Below, in pieces: positions 40,501 through 53,463 of a stretch of 64,000 nt of DNA (position 1 is its first letter; each line of letters starts with the position of its first letter). The notes under the pieces are model-generated. The model made no database searches. It saw only the letters and a list, made by a program, of their open reading frames with translations, and was not told the origin of the DNA. Both the position numbers and the translations under genes were made by a program. This DNA comes from Bugula neritina (lineage: Eukaryota; Animalia; Bryozoa), in NCBI GenBank assembly GCA_964035545.1, contig OZ037765.1, positions 29,015,504 to 29,079,503 on the forward strand. The letters are read 5' to 3'.

Positions 40501-43500
40501 AATGGTCCATTATTTAGTCCAAAATCATTTCTGGGTTTATAAGGAGAAGTGGTTTGTAAAAAGAGAGTATTATGAGTAATGCATGAGATGGGCAACTTCA
40601 GACTCCACTTTAATATTCAACATGTCCAATTCTACTGATTCTTGAGTACAAAAATTGGATATCATGTTATTTAAAATAATAATGGGGGGGGGCTCGCCTT
40701 TCTTTGGGATATCAGACTCTTTGGCACAGAATCTGGCTATTTCATGAAATAATTTGTTAAATGGCGTGAGCTTGTCAACTTGAAGCTTTTTGTTTTATTT
40801 TTCACAGTGGAAACTTTTCAATGAGCTCTAGTTTGGAGGGTTATGGGCTAATATTTATTCCCTGTGTTTGATTGGTTGTTGTATCTTGTATGTAAAGGTG
40901 GTTTATTGACGAAGAGGAAGTAGCTGGAGAGACTAGCAACACGCTGACGTACGGCAGCATCTCGCACACCCTCAACAGCAAGGAGCTGAAATGTGAGGCC
41001 ACAAACTCAGCTGGCACAGGCTCCAAAACACACAAGCTTAATGTTCACTGTGAGTTTATAACTCATCTGGCTGTAGCATTACAGAGAATTGTTCCATAAG
41101 CAGCTCCGAGGTGGGGGTTTCAATAAGTCCCCAACTCCAAACTCGAGAACCTCAAACTACTGCACTCAGTCACCCCCAACTTGGAGCTGCTTATAAAACA
41201 ATTATATTACGGAGGCTCCAGTAAAGCGTTTGCACTCTTTGTCCAGACATGGGTCTTTCTCCCCCCTCCCCGTACATCTTCTCCAGTCTCTGTGGGAATT
41301 GTCTCATGTTGTTTATAAACATTAAGTACAACACACTCGTACATCTCACAGTATACTCAGTATACAGTAGTACTCTCGGCTGTATTTGCTAGTCACTGCA
41401 GCTTCTGTTGTCTGAGATGATAATATAGATCTTCATTAATTTTTGTGGCCTTTTTAAAAATAGTTTTGTGTTGTTTTGGTGAACTGAAATGTGAACTGTT
41501 GACATTCTTTTACTCTGATATTCTGTTGATAACCTCTGTCATTCCACTTGCATTAGCCTCCTATCAGTAGACATCAAAGTTGCAGTAACAGCATGTGGTA
41601 AAATAAAGGTGAAAGGTCATTGTCGGATCATTATATGCATTTATTATCAGTATAATATAATATATTGTGATGAGATATAATTATATTGCTGATGATAAAG
41701 TGACTTATTTAGAATACTAATTTCTTTGTCTCCTGGTTTGCTAAATCAGTCTCAATTTTTGTCGTTGCAAAATTAATTTTACAGATGGCAGGCTTTACTC
41801 GAAGTTATCTGTTTATGTAATACTATAGTCGCCATACCATCTCCATTTCTGCTGCTTTTGCAAATTCATTTGCTTCAAGTTCTAATCTGATTGCTTCAAT
41901 TAATTTTTCTTACATACTTGGATCTTTTTATAGAAACATCATAATAAGTGATGCACTTGCTTGTCTGTTGTAGATGCCCCCAGGTTGACCAGTAGTTTGG
42001 ACAATTTAGAGGTGGATCTTGGCTCGAGAGTTGACTTGACGTGCGAGACTGATGGAAACCCCACCCCTAGCATCAACTGGGTCAGGGCTGATAAACCTGA
42101 GGCTATAATTACCGGCTCAACTAGGCTTACCATAGCCTCCATAACAATGGCGGACATAGGATCTTACCAATGTGTAGTCACAGCTACTGGCTTTCCAAAA
42201 GTCGTTCACACAGTGCATATATTGCTGAGAGGTGGGTTGGCACTGTTCAGTATAGTCATATTCTCACCTGTTCCTTATAGCCAGGTATTTATCTGGGTAG
42301 GTAAAAGTACACAGCTGACCGATTTGTTTGCATTATATATCAAGTCTTTTGATGTTACTCGGGGTAGAAAAATGTGACTCATTTTCCTTCTAGTTCCAGA
42401 ATATTTGTTTTCTCCTTCTTTTTGGTAAAAGGCACTAGAAAATAATAATTAATGAATGGCAGTTGTAAGAAAAGCTGTTAGGTGTTAGTTTGAGTTGAGA
42501 GATGGTATGAAGAGTGAGCTATAGGATGATACAGCTGCATGTACAGGTAGAAAAAAGGTAAAAGTCAAGCTGAGCTTTCAACCCAAATTAATAAATAATT
42601 GATATAATCAATTTCACTCTTGTTGGTTCATTATGATTTGATGATACACAAATAGGCATACCATTGGTCAGTCATTTTCCATAATGACTTCTGGCACTTT
42701 CATGTCATGACATTAGACTTTGGCAGGTATAAGCAGTTGGCATAGTCTGTAGAGCTGCCAAACTTTCTGCTCAGTAATGTTGATGGTAATGCTGGTTGAA
42801 GCAGGTGGTCTCGTGCAATAACATGCTGCAGGTGCTGCTTAGTTGGGCCTCTATTAGTATTGCTCTGGACTCAGCCCCTGATAGAGTTCTTCAGTTCAGG
42901 CTGCTCATACTACTCGCTGTTATGTAAGCAGGAAGCTACTTGTCAAACTTTGATGTCCTCACACTTTACAGAAGTGTAATCATCGAGCAATACCAGGTGC
43001 ATAGCAACCACTGCACCCGGAGCTCAGATGTAGTCTAGCTTCAGTTCTCATCAATTATTGACAGCAGTTTTCTTTGTGAGAAGCTGATTCGAATTATGAA
43101 TCAAAATCTATAGACTATACTGTTTTACTAAAGTTAACACTCTGTCAGCAACAGTGATTGGAGATGTATCCTGTGTTAATTATGAATCAAAATTTGTAGA
43201 CCATGAGCAATCAGCATTGTGTTGTCTCTAGTAATTTTTCAGTATATATGAAGTTGAAATAGTTTGCCATCATGTTGCTGCAGCTCCTCCTAAAATGCAT
43301 GGAACTACTGGCGCAAGTGGCTCTCAGACACCCGAGGAATATTCTTACAGTCAAGGTCAAACGGCAGTGATGTCGTGCAGTGCAGATGTTGTGCCTGAGT
43401 ACACGGACGTGATATGGACTAAGGGCAGCGCCGGCACTCCAATCAATTTCGCTCCAGATTCGAGGTAATCACCTGCACTGCCAACTCGTTTCGAACTTTA

Positions 43501-46500
43501 AAGAAAGTATGACATTGTTAAACTTAAGCTCACTGCTGTCACTTTCATTTGGCATCAATATGTTTATACACTACCTTGACATTTCAGGTTGCACCCCATA
43601 TCTTCATGGTATGGTAACTCATTTACATCATAACAACTTCAATTAAACTCAAATTGATATCCATTACATGATGTGGCAAAGGTTACCAGGTCCTTGAGGT
43701 CTAGGTTAATTGTTTAAATATTTAAAACTTTGTGTAGCTGTTGATAAAACAAAAAATTAGATTTGTTAGAATATACAAAGACATGATGACTGAAATTCGC
43801 AATTCTATCCGCCTTTTGTTACGAAAACGTAAACATGGTTGTTGATGTTATCCAAGTGTTCAGTAATCGTCTACCCATATTGACTACTTACTCTGATATA
43901 GACTAGTGCTGTGTTAGTAGCATTTTGTTGCACAATATAATTTAATCACGCTTTCACATATTATTTATTTTCACTTCGGAGGAAAACCAGATTCTTCAAA
44001 TTTGAGGCCACATACTGATAATCTGAGGCACTATATTGTTATTCATAGTGCCTCCCGCATTTACAATCTCTGCATTTATCATGGGTTTTTATAGCTTAAA
44101 AGTGCATTGTAATTTTCTGACTTTTCAATACTGCTGAACTTTCACACACTGATTATATTTAAAGTTGCCTTCATATAAGATAAAATCGTGTTACAAAATG
44201 TAACTTTTGGGTAAGATTAGTTTCAGTATATGAAAAGATGGGGGACACGACATTTCAAAAATGACAATTGGAGAACACCTATTTGGAAAATGGACAATTA
44301 GAAAATAGACATTTGGAAAATGAAAAATATTCAACATGGTCTAGTCCTGAGGGGTTGTTCGGTTAGCTTTTAAAAATAAATATAATGGCCGAATCAGTTG
44401 GGCCATTATGGAAGTAAAATTAGTTACTGAGTAGTTCTGATTTAAAATGGTTCACATTTACAAAAAGCTATTTTGAACCCGACCAGATACTAAATGCCCC
44501 TTCTGGACTAGGCCATTTTGAATATTCTTCATTTTCCAAATGTCCATTTTCTAATTGTCTGCTTTCCAAATAGGTGTTTTCCAATTGTCATTTTCGAAAT
44601 GTCGTGGGTTCGAAAAGATGTCCTATATGTCACAAATATATTGATGATGGCTGAAACGGCATCAAATAATTGAATTTTCTTGGACGTGGTGACATCTTCT
44701 TTGGCAGGTTTTCAAAGCACGTAGAGACGAGTGTGCACGGCATAACCACCATGCTTACCATCAAAGACCTGGCTACCACCGACTTTGATGACTACAACTG
44801 CACGGTCGTCAACGCCCTCGGCTCTGACAGCGCCCTGGTCTCTCTCTCTCAGACAGGTAACTGGTAGAGCTAGTTTTATTAGATTTTAGTAAGACAACTC
44901 TACTTAAATATTCATTAGAAACACAATTATACAACTATTATTAGTTGTGATGGAATTTGGTTATATAAGTAGCTGTTGAATGAGTAGAATGAAGGATTGT
45001 GGGTGCGGCTGTGCTAGTACTAGTACCATCATTTCTGTTTGAGTCAGGCCTCTCCCAGTACGTGTGTTCGGATAGAAAACACTGGCACTCATTGCTGTGC
45101 TGACTAACACGTAGATCCTAGGCTATGGTGAAGCATAGCCTAGGTGAGAGATGCGTGTACTAGTATAATGTAGTTTAGCTGTCAGTGTAACCAGTGTTTG
45201 GGGTGTGAGCTGCTATGTATCTGGCATAACTCCACTGCTTTGAATACCCCACCCAGTACATCAACTCCTAACTATTCAGGATATGCCTTTCAAATGTAGA
45301 GTATAAGCAATACAACACATTGATTCAATTAGTTTAGTCAGTAAACTGCTTTTTCATTGTCATCTTCTGGAAAAACTGAGCGGGTTTAACACCTAGTATA
45401 TCGGGTATTGTTATATTGTAGATGACTTCCCTTGGAAGTGGATAGTTGTGGGAGCAGTTATAGCCGTTGTTATAGCTGTTGTGATGTCAGTAGCTGTTTG
45501 CTGCTGCCGAAAGAAAGATCAGGGTAAAACAAGCAGCGCAGGTAAAATAATAGGTAAACTGTTTCTCTAGTTGTTGCCTGCTATGCTGGTGAACTAAACG
45601 CAGCTATTTCTATGTGTTCTGTTTATACATTTATAATAATATTTGTATCTAATGGGAAATTTTTTCAAAAATAGAGCGTATGCCAGCATTCAATCATTCT
45701 TGTTTCTAGTTTTAAACAACCATTTAATATATAGCCTTGACTTGTGTAAATTTGATACATATTTTCTTTCAGTATAGACAGAACACTAATGAAACACTTG
45801 GTGTTGAAACTTTGTATAAAGTAGAAATTTTCTGCTCCTGTATGGCTTATTAACTGCCTTAGAATATAATCAAATAACTATTTCATTAAATAGGCATATA
45901 ACAACATTGCTTTATTATCCCTTACTGAAGATGGGCAGTGTAATATACTCTACAGAGTTTATTTATAGGACACTAGCACCTGCACAAGCTTTTAAATGAA
46001 TATAAAAAAGCAATCAGGCTGTTAGTACTGCTGCTATACAAACATTCTGAGTAGTGATTCATTTCCCTGACTTACATTACTCGCTTATGATTACGTCCTT
46101 TGGTCCTGTATCCTGATTTCATTATTGGTTTTTGGTACATTTCCAAAATTAATTTATACCCCACTCACTTTTGTACAGCACTTCGTTTCTAGCCTGAAGT
46201 CTTATTCAGTTTCTGATTTTCTAAGAATTAATCAAATTTATGGTCCAATGTAACCTGCATCTAATAGGTTGACTGAAATAAGGAAATGATGCTTACATTT
46301 TGCTGAAAAACACAAGCAATAAGTTTGTGTGAGGCATTTAATTTCTGTTGTATAAACAAACAAGAAAATGTTTAGTATTACTGTTTTAAATTCTGAAGTG
46401 CTGTGGTACATTACCTTACAAGTATAGTTGAGCAAAATTAAAAATAGTGTTATACAAGATAGCACAGTTACTTGTGCTACTGGTAAATATTTCTGAAAAA

Positions 46501-49149
46501 TGCCCCTTGCTTTATTGCTTGCTTTATATTTTCACTAGCATTTCTCGGTACTAATGCTTTCAATCAACATTAACTTGATTTAGCTTTAGCTGGTGTCTTC
46601 AGACTTCAAATGTCTGACAGATGAGTGCTTTTATAATAGAGAAATTGGAATCGCTCGAATTTCTTTGTCAGGAGTACACAACCCCCCCTTTGAGATAACA
46701 GTATGTTTTGTTGGCAGGTTCTACAGCTAGTGATAATAACTCAAGAGACCAACCTATTGAGAATAAAGACGCTTTAAATGATCCCTTGACATTTTATAGT
46801 GAGTTGGTACTTGGCTGGCTTTGCCGCTGCTCCTTGGTGCATCTACCTTTGGGTTGTAGTCGCTATATGTACATGTCGTTGATGAGTAAACATAATATAA
46901 CTGGTTTATCTCTCAACTTCACTTCTGCTTCTGCTCTCTGTTTCTATACAGTGTGTCTTCTCGGTCTAGAAACTCAGCAATATGTGCTGCTGTTTTGGTG
47001 GTGGTTGGTTTTTCCCAGGTCTGTTTCCAGGGTATTGTACAACAAATTAGATGATTTTATGCTGTGATTGTGCTTTATACGTTTGTTTTTGAAATATATT
47101 TCATGCCATGTTCTACAGCAGCTTGGTTATGGGTGTGTATAAAAACTCGTGAGTTTTTGCATGTTTCTTACCAAATATTGCTGTCTTGCAGCTTCGTTGT
47201 CAGTGGTGTCAAACACTACAGATAACTCAACTAAGAAGCCTACTGACTGCATGGAGCAAGGTGATGCTTCCAGTCTGCCCGAGTATGGCCTCAGGCCCAT
47301 AGATGTGTGGAAGAATAATCAAGACACAAACGCCACCCCTTACCCTGCAACTGACAGTCCTATTGAGGATGGGAAGGTTTGTCTGACAAAAACTTTCCAT
47401 CTGATCTTTCTTGAGTAACTAAAGGTTTTTACCACCAGAGAATGTTAGGGTTTTGATATAATTTTTATTCGCAAAATAATATAACAATATATATCTATTG
47501 AGATAGACTGATGTCATTTGATTGTTGTGCGTTTATTTATTTATACATATTAGCTATGATGAAAAAATATAGCAAGAGAGAGTTGCTACAATGCATTGTG
47601 GGTAACCACAGGATAATAAAATATAAAATAAGACAACTCTATCTCTAGTTAATAAAATATCTTATTGTTATCTCAACAATATCATGCACTGAGTGATAAA
47701 TATGTGGTCCCACAATCACTCTATGCATTCTATTTTGTTGAATTAATATAGAATGTAGCTCACTTTCATAGTGTATATTAAGAGCTTTGCTTTGATCTAC
47801 AAAAATGTTCTTTTAGAGCATTCTTTTATACAACAGTAAGAAACTCTCTAGAATATTATAGAATATTTATAACTTGTTTAACATAGTTGTTTATATGCAT
47901 TAGCAAAATGAAATTATGTTTACTTTTTTAGCCTGAGCTCTACGGCTCATATAGGGTCAACACAATGGGCACATCATTTAAACCCCACTCTGCATATCCT
48001 ACTGAGAATTATGGGTCATACAGAGTGCAGCACCCAAGGACTGACTTGCACCACGCTCCTCAGTATTCTACGTTACCTATCAGACCATCTATGCTTCCAC
48101 CAAATGAGTTCAACAGGTCTGTGATTACCACTAGTACCTGCTTATCTAGTCTAAAGTTTGTTCATGGTAAAATATGAGACATACTGTTTCCTGTTTCACT
48201 TGCGGAGAAACGTAAGCAGTCAACTGTTTAGTGCAAATGTGTAATTTCAGCAATCATAATTAATGCCTGCATTATTTTTCAAAGGTATATTGTACAAAAA
48301 TTGATTGTTATTGCTTCTGCTATGAAATTTCGGTCCCATCAATATCTGTGTTTTTATTTAGAAAAAGATTGTGATCTCCAAATAATCATGTAATATAAAA
48401 AAACAATTTCCAATATTTTTTGAAAAGATTTCAATGAAAAAACACTTGTTATTTGTATTAGAATCAAAATTGTAAGCAACTTTTATTTACTTTGTCTAAT
48501 AGACTGTCGTCATTGATTGGTGTAAACATGTTGAAAACTTGGTGGACACAACTCTTAATTTTAATAGTCGTAGTAAAAACCTTCATGCAAGTTTATGACT
48601 TACTTGATATCTTTGTGCAACTCTCCAGTTTGTATCAATTACTCACAGTTAGCATTTTATTATAAATTCAAAGTGGAAGTGGAAGCACAATACACAATAT
48701 TTCGTTTTAATCTCAATTATTGTAATTTTGGGACGTATTATTGTAGACATGCATGAAAATGCAATTACCATTTTGTATTTTTTTCCACTCCTTTCATTTT
48801 TATGTTTGAATCATTCAAACACCAAATGCTTTTTGCATCAATGAAGCTAAACATTGAAAGTTTCTTGCACTTTGCAGCAAAACATAATATTGGAATATAA
48901 TATTAGAAAATAATATTAGATGATGATATTTTGATGTGCACTATTAGCATATATACTGAAATGCAAGATTCTCAATTGACTTTAATAGCTTTCCTAATAG
49001 TTCACACACACTCCATTAACTCCGTATGCCCTCCCAATCATTTCTCATTATTTTGATATTTATTTCACAGGTTTAGTTATGACAACGAACTGAATGATGA
49101 CGAATTTCCCGAACCACCTGTGGAACATAGACTAGCTACAAATGTATGA
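31540..49149 (+). CDS. Kirrel/Neph (IrreC/Rst/Kirre, SYG-1)-like type I membrane Ig-superfamily protein with 5 Ig domains
   Basis: Exons 31540-31585, 34196-34402, 35889-36011, 36584-36717, 37728-37902, 39440-39566, 40898-41049, 41974-42231, 43284-43464, 44708-44856, 45422-45541, 46718-46798, 47192-47376, 47932-48116, 49071-49149. Signal peptide MGLLRLSIILWTICAVGG; five Ig folds (e.g. LTCETDGNPTPSINW...DIGSYQC, DFDDYNCTVVNALGSD); TM WIVVGAVIAVVIAVVMSVAVCCC; Tyr-containing tail ending in class I PDZ ligand RLATNV, like the Kirrel THV terminus. Confidence 0.8.
41087..41203. mobile_element. short foldback/MITE-like element with ~30-bp inverted arms
   Basis: AATTGTTCCATAAGCAGCTCCGAGGTGGGGG ... 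CCCCCAACTTGGAGCTGCTTATAAAACAATT. Confidence 0.6.
44241..44611. mobile_element. MITE, Mutator/MULE-like (9-bp TSD, ~110-bp TIRs)
   Basis: Exact 9-bp direct repeat GAAAAGATG at 44232-44240 and 44612-44620; long imperfect TIRs CACGACATTTCAAAAATGACAATTGG... / ...CCAATTGTCATTTTCGAAATGTCGTG. Confidence 0.88.
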
Positions 49150-50782
49150 ACTTCCAATCAAGATACTGCTTCGTATCAAAAATCTCATGGTGCTAATTTG
49201 GATCTGTACACTAACTTTAAATCATAGCAACTGCGAAGAGTGTTAGATTTTATTCTTGCCCGCAAACTTTTGACTGTTGTTAAATTTATGTGGTGAGAGC
49301 ATATGTGAGTGCAGATATAGAAAAACCTAACTTATAGGGTAATTACTCAGACTGCTGTTTTAAAAACCCATCTTATCAATTTTTGCATTAATTTTTACTA
49401 AAGAAATACTATATTTGACTTTGAGATATGTTTTTTGTACTCAGAGATTCTGAAGAAGAATCATATTATGTCTAAATTTAGCTAAGTTACCCCATTTTTG
49501 CATAATTTGCCTAAGACGTAACTTGGTCATGTGACTTTGTAAGTTGAACTGAGCTGGTGGTGGAGCTTAATTCTTAATTACTTTATTTTTTGTATTGTAA
49601 ATAGCTTATGACGACTAAGTCTACGGTTTTATAAGTCTTTTTTGTTTTTTAAACTTTTAAATGTCAGTCTTGCCTGGACCCACTTTGCTTATTATTTTAG
49701 TTTCTATTATATATTTAGATGTTGTTGCTTAGACCATCAGTCGTTGAATAATTATTCCTAATTAGTTATAGTTTTGCTTTATCTATATAATATATACTAC
49801 TGTATCATAATTACCTTGTTATAGAATTGTAGGATCCTGTTGCGTTTTACTGTAAATAACTGGACGTGTTCTAAACTCTTTTGAGATTATGCAGGATTTA
49901 AATCTTGTCTTTGCTATAACTTAGCAGTGTCACACCTGTTTTAGAGATATTATACTGTAATTTATGCCGAATAATATTTTATTAAGTTTTTGATAGCATG
50001 GTTTGCTCATTTAATAAAAATTGTAGTTCAATAATACCTTATATATTCTTTGTGATATCTTAGCTGTATGACATATAGACTGTAATGACATATCTGCTGT
50101 AGACAATCTCTATCATTAGACATTCTATATTCTTTGGTTTTTGTTTAGTAACCAAATTTTGTTGATAATTCCTTTGTACTTTTAGAATAGAAAATCAGTT
50201 GGTCTATCTATTTACCATCAAAATACTTGTCACCAATTTCTAAAGTTTTTTGTTGGACTTTTGAGCTCACTAAAACCAAGGTGGGAAACGCAGCTCTGAA
50301 TATGGCACACTCTTGATTACCAGATTTAGTTTCTTATAATTAATTGCAAAATTACACTTGTTGCATGAACTGTAATCACTGAAAAAGATAATAGATGAAA
50401 ATGATTTCAAAGTTGTCAACTAAGGTGTATGTTCTACAAATAGATTAAGTGCTAGCTATAATGATATTCTACCTAAACAAGCATCCTCTGTTTTAGGGTT
50501 ACATGATTTTGTTTATAGAAATCTGGTTTTGGCAAAAAAGTTAATGGTCTGCATGGTAAATCGGCTATTACAAATTATAATCTACAGTAGTTACTAATTA
50601 TATGTATTGCTGTAAAGCCAAGATTAGCAGGTTATGTTGATTAAGATTAGAATAAATGTTTACGGTAGTATTTGGAAGGACCATAATTATTGTTGTGCAC
50701 TATTTTAAAAGCCTTCAATCCATATTGTCAACATAGCAGGGAAGTGGCTGTAGTCAAGTAGTTGGATTAGGATTACCTAGTG

Positions 50783-51092
50783 CAGGGGTGTCCAACATTT
50801 TTAGACCAAGGGCCACCGAGATGGAATATTCTATGGCGAGGGTGGCATGGTAAAATTTCACTTGGGCTGGGGCCACAGCATCAGCAATCTTCAAACTACC
50901 TTATTTCGAATTCTTATGAATCATTCACAATGAAGTCCCAATAGTTACTGCAGGCCGCATGTTTTTAGCATGTGTATAAATAAGACATTTAAAAAATGAC
51001 TTTTTTCACTCCAATTCATAGATGTGTGAAAAATAATTTTATTTGTTATACCTTTGAGTGCCACAAAAATGTAGGCCTGTTGGACAGTCCTG
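50783..51092. mobile_element. hAT-like non-autonomous element (14-bp TIRs, degenerate 8-bp TSD)
   Basis: Left end CAGGGGTGTCCAAC; reverse complement of right end CAGGACTGTCCAAC (12/14); flanks ACCTAGTG and ACGTAATG (6/8). Confidence 0.65.
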
Positions 51093-52319
51093 ACGTAATG
51101 TATGCTAGGACGTATAGGTCCAAATCTTGGCAGGGCAATCGGTGATGGCAGGAACAGCATCCAATAATTATTGCTCGTGTGCAGCAACATACAGTTTTTA
51201 GCTCTTACCTCACAGCCCACAGGGATGAAAACTTTGTGTTTAGTTTAGAACACTATATTGAATGTCCCATGATGTAATATCTGCATTTGTGAATAAAGGC
51301 AGTATTGCTACAATAGTATATGATATGAAACACAGTATCTAGCCAAAACAACTGCACTGGTTTGTAATTTCAGCCTTATATGCCCAAAACTGTTTAATTA
51401 TTAAATAAATGCCTTAGCTGTCAAGTATCTTTTAAAGCAATTGAAAACAATTATTGCTAACACAATATTTTTTTATAGCTACAAAATTTAATTTTCCTAT
51501 TCATTGTTGAAATACATAATCTTGCTTTTTTAATGAAATGTATTTAATACGTTTACAGAATGAATAAAACACCACATGTCCCATTAACGGGTTATCAATT
51601 CTGAAAAAATGAAATAAGATAAATTTTTACATCCTCTGCTATAAGATTTAGATAAAATCGTTACGTACAGCTATTTTTTATTACAAAGATCATTTTCAGT
51701 TTTGTATTTCAAAATATTATGCAAATAACATACATGTATGTAAATATTATATTATATTGTAATATACAACTACATGTAGTTGTATATTTAGTTTTAGGTT
51801 ATTTTCACAGACTATGGCAATTATACTTTATACAGTCACTTTATCAGACTCCTAGAGTAAAAAGTTGAGTAAAATAATAATGACCATATTGATTAAAAAA
51901 TGATTATAATAATATCATCATAATTTGCATGTAAACTCTTGCAGAGTTGTATCTCCATGTACGTTTTATAAAGAAAAGAACTTGATTAGCCGTTTTAAAT
52001 GATGTGTTTACAAGAATTTTCATTATCTTTGATATAACGTAAATTATTGCGTTGACATCAGTGTTAAAAGGAAACCGCTTCAAGTTCACGCATATCTACT
52101 TTTAGAATCTCATATGCATATTCATATTGATATTTGGATTGCTGCGATCGTTCAAACATCAAGTTGTTATAATGCTGATTATAGTTGCAGCTGCAACAAA
52201 TTTTAGCACTCTATTATTCTTGAAACATTGTTATGAAGGTGTACACTACGCTATTGTTAAACCTACTTATTACTCAAAGTTTCATTCAATAGACTGGGAG
52301 TGGGTTAAATTAAAATATT

Positions 52320-53310
52320 ATTTATAATAATAATTATTATTTATTAATTATGATACTAATAATAATACTAATAGCAATATTTAATAAGAGTATCATAATA
52401 TATTATTATATGTTGAAAAGTGGAAATAATTTTTTTATTGAGTTTGAGTTTCATATTGAGTTTGACGTTTAGTATTTTTAAGACTGAGCCTGAAAAGTGA
52501 AAAGTAAAACGAAGTGAAGTAAAACTAAAAGCGAAGAGTGACAATTACTAATAGTATCACAATGACAATAACACCATTTAGATTTAATAAATTTAGCTTG
52601 GTTTAGATAAGTGATAACCATAACTATTTCTGATTTCCGTTCTCATGATCATGGCTATTGTGATACTGATTACCATAATTATTGCAATTCAAATTAATAT
52701 CATGCTCATAGTAGTAATCATTATAATTATGGCAGTGACTAGCATTACCATGCCAATTCTTAGTTATGCCCATGCTGATACTTCGCCTTGTACACCAAAT
52801 TTGATGCTTTTATTAATTTGTGAATATTTCAAGTGATATTCAAAGTCAAGCTCAGTTGCTCACAGTCAGACTCAGTGTCAAACTTAAATTCAGTTAGTGT
52901 TAGCATTACTGTTGAACTTCTAAAGAAGTAATTTCTTGGACTTTACTTTAGTTTTCAGTTTATACTAACTAAGTTAATAATGTCTAAGAGACTAAGACCT
53001 AATTATTACTATGTATTAATTTATGTTATAGTTACACTGATGTATCGATTAATGTTCACGTTGTTATTAGTCTGAATTTGAATAATATGGATAATAATAT
53101 TGGTTATATCTATAATTGAAAGTGTTGGATTTTTGATCGATTTAGTTAATGAAGATTTATGTAATATATTAGTATTAGTATTGCTATTACATTTACTGTC
53201 AAATAGATTAACAAAATTATTTAGTTACTGAATTACAAGTAAACTAAATTCTTATTATCTGTTCATATTAGAGATTGCATTATTATGATACTATTATAAT
53301 GATTTACTAT
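52320..53310. repeat. cryptic drifting-hexamer (6-bp periodic) tract upstream of the ZCCHC8 ATG
   Basis: e.g. TGATCA TGGCTA TTGTGA TACTGA TTACCA TAATTA TTGCAA TTCAAA TTAATA; CACAGT CAGACT CAGTGT CAAACT TAAATT. Confidence 0.75.
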
Positions 53311-53463
53311 AGCGTAAAACTCTATCTTCGTACAAGCCAACAACTTCTTATATATTAACAAACGAGTTTAGTAACAAAATATTTAATTTATTTTTATTAT
53401 TTAAAATTTTAAATTGTATATGCTAAAAGATAGAGTACCTTTGTAGATACATAGTATTCAAAG

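Noticed and set aside
46952-46963. 12-nt microexon in the Kirrel-like tail behind a UGC-rich pyrimidine tract
   Set aside because: In frame, but the donor GTCTAG is weak; insufficient support.
52645-52836. Ile-rich hydrophobic ORF (similar ORF at 27986-28186)
   Set aside because: Alternating Ile is a by-product of the 6-bp periodic tract; no splice or homology support.
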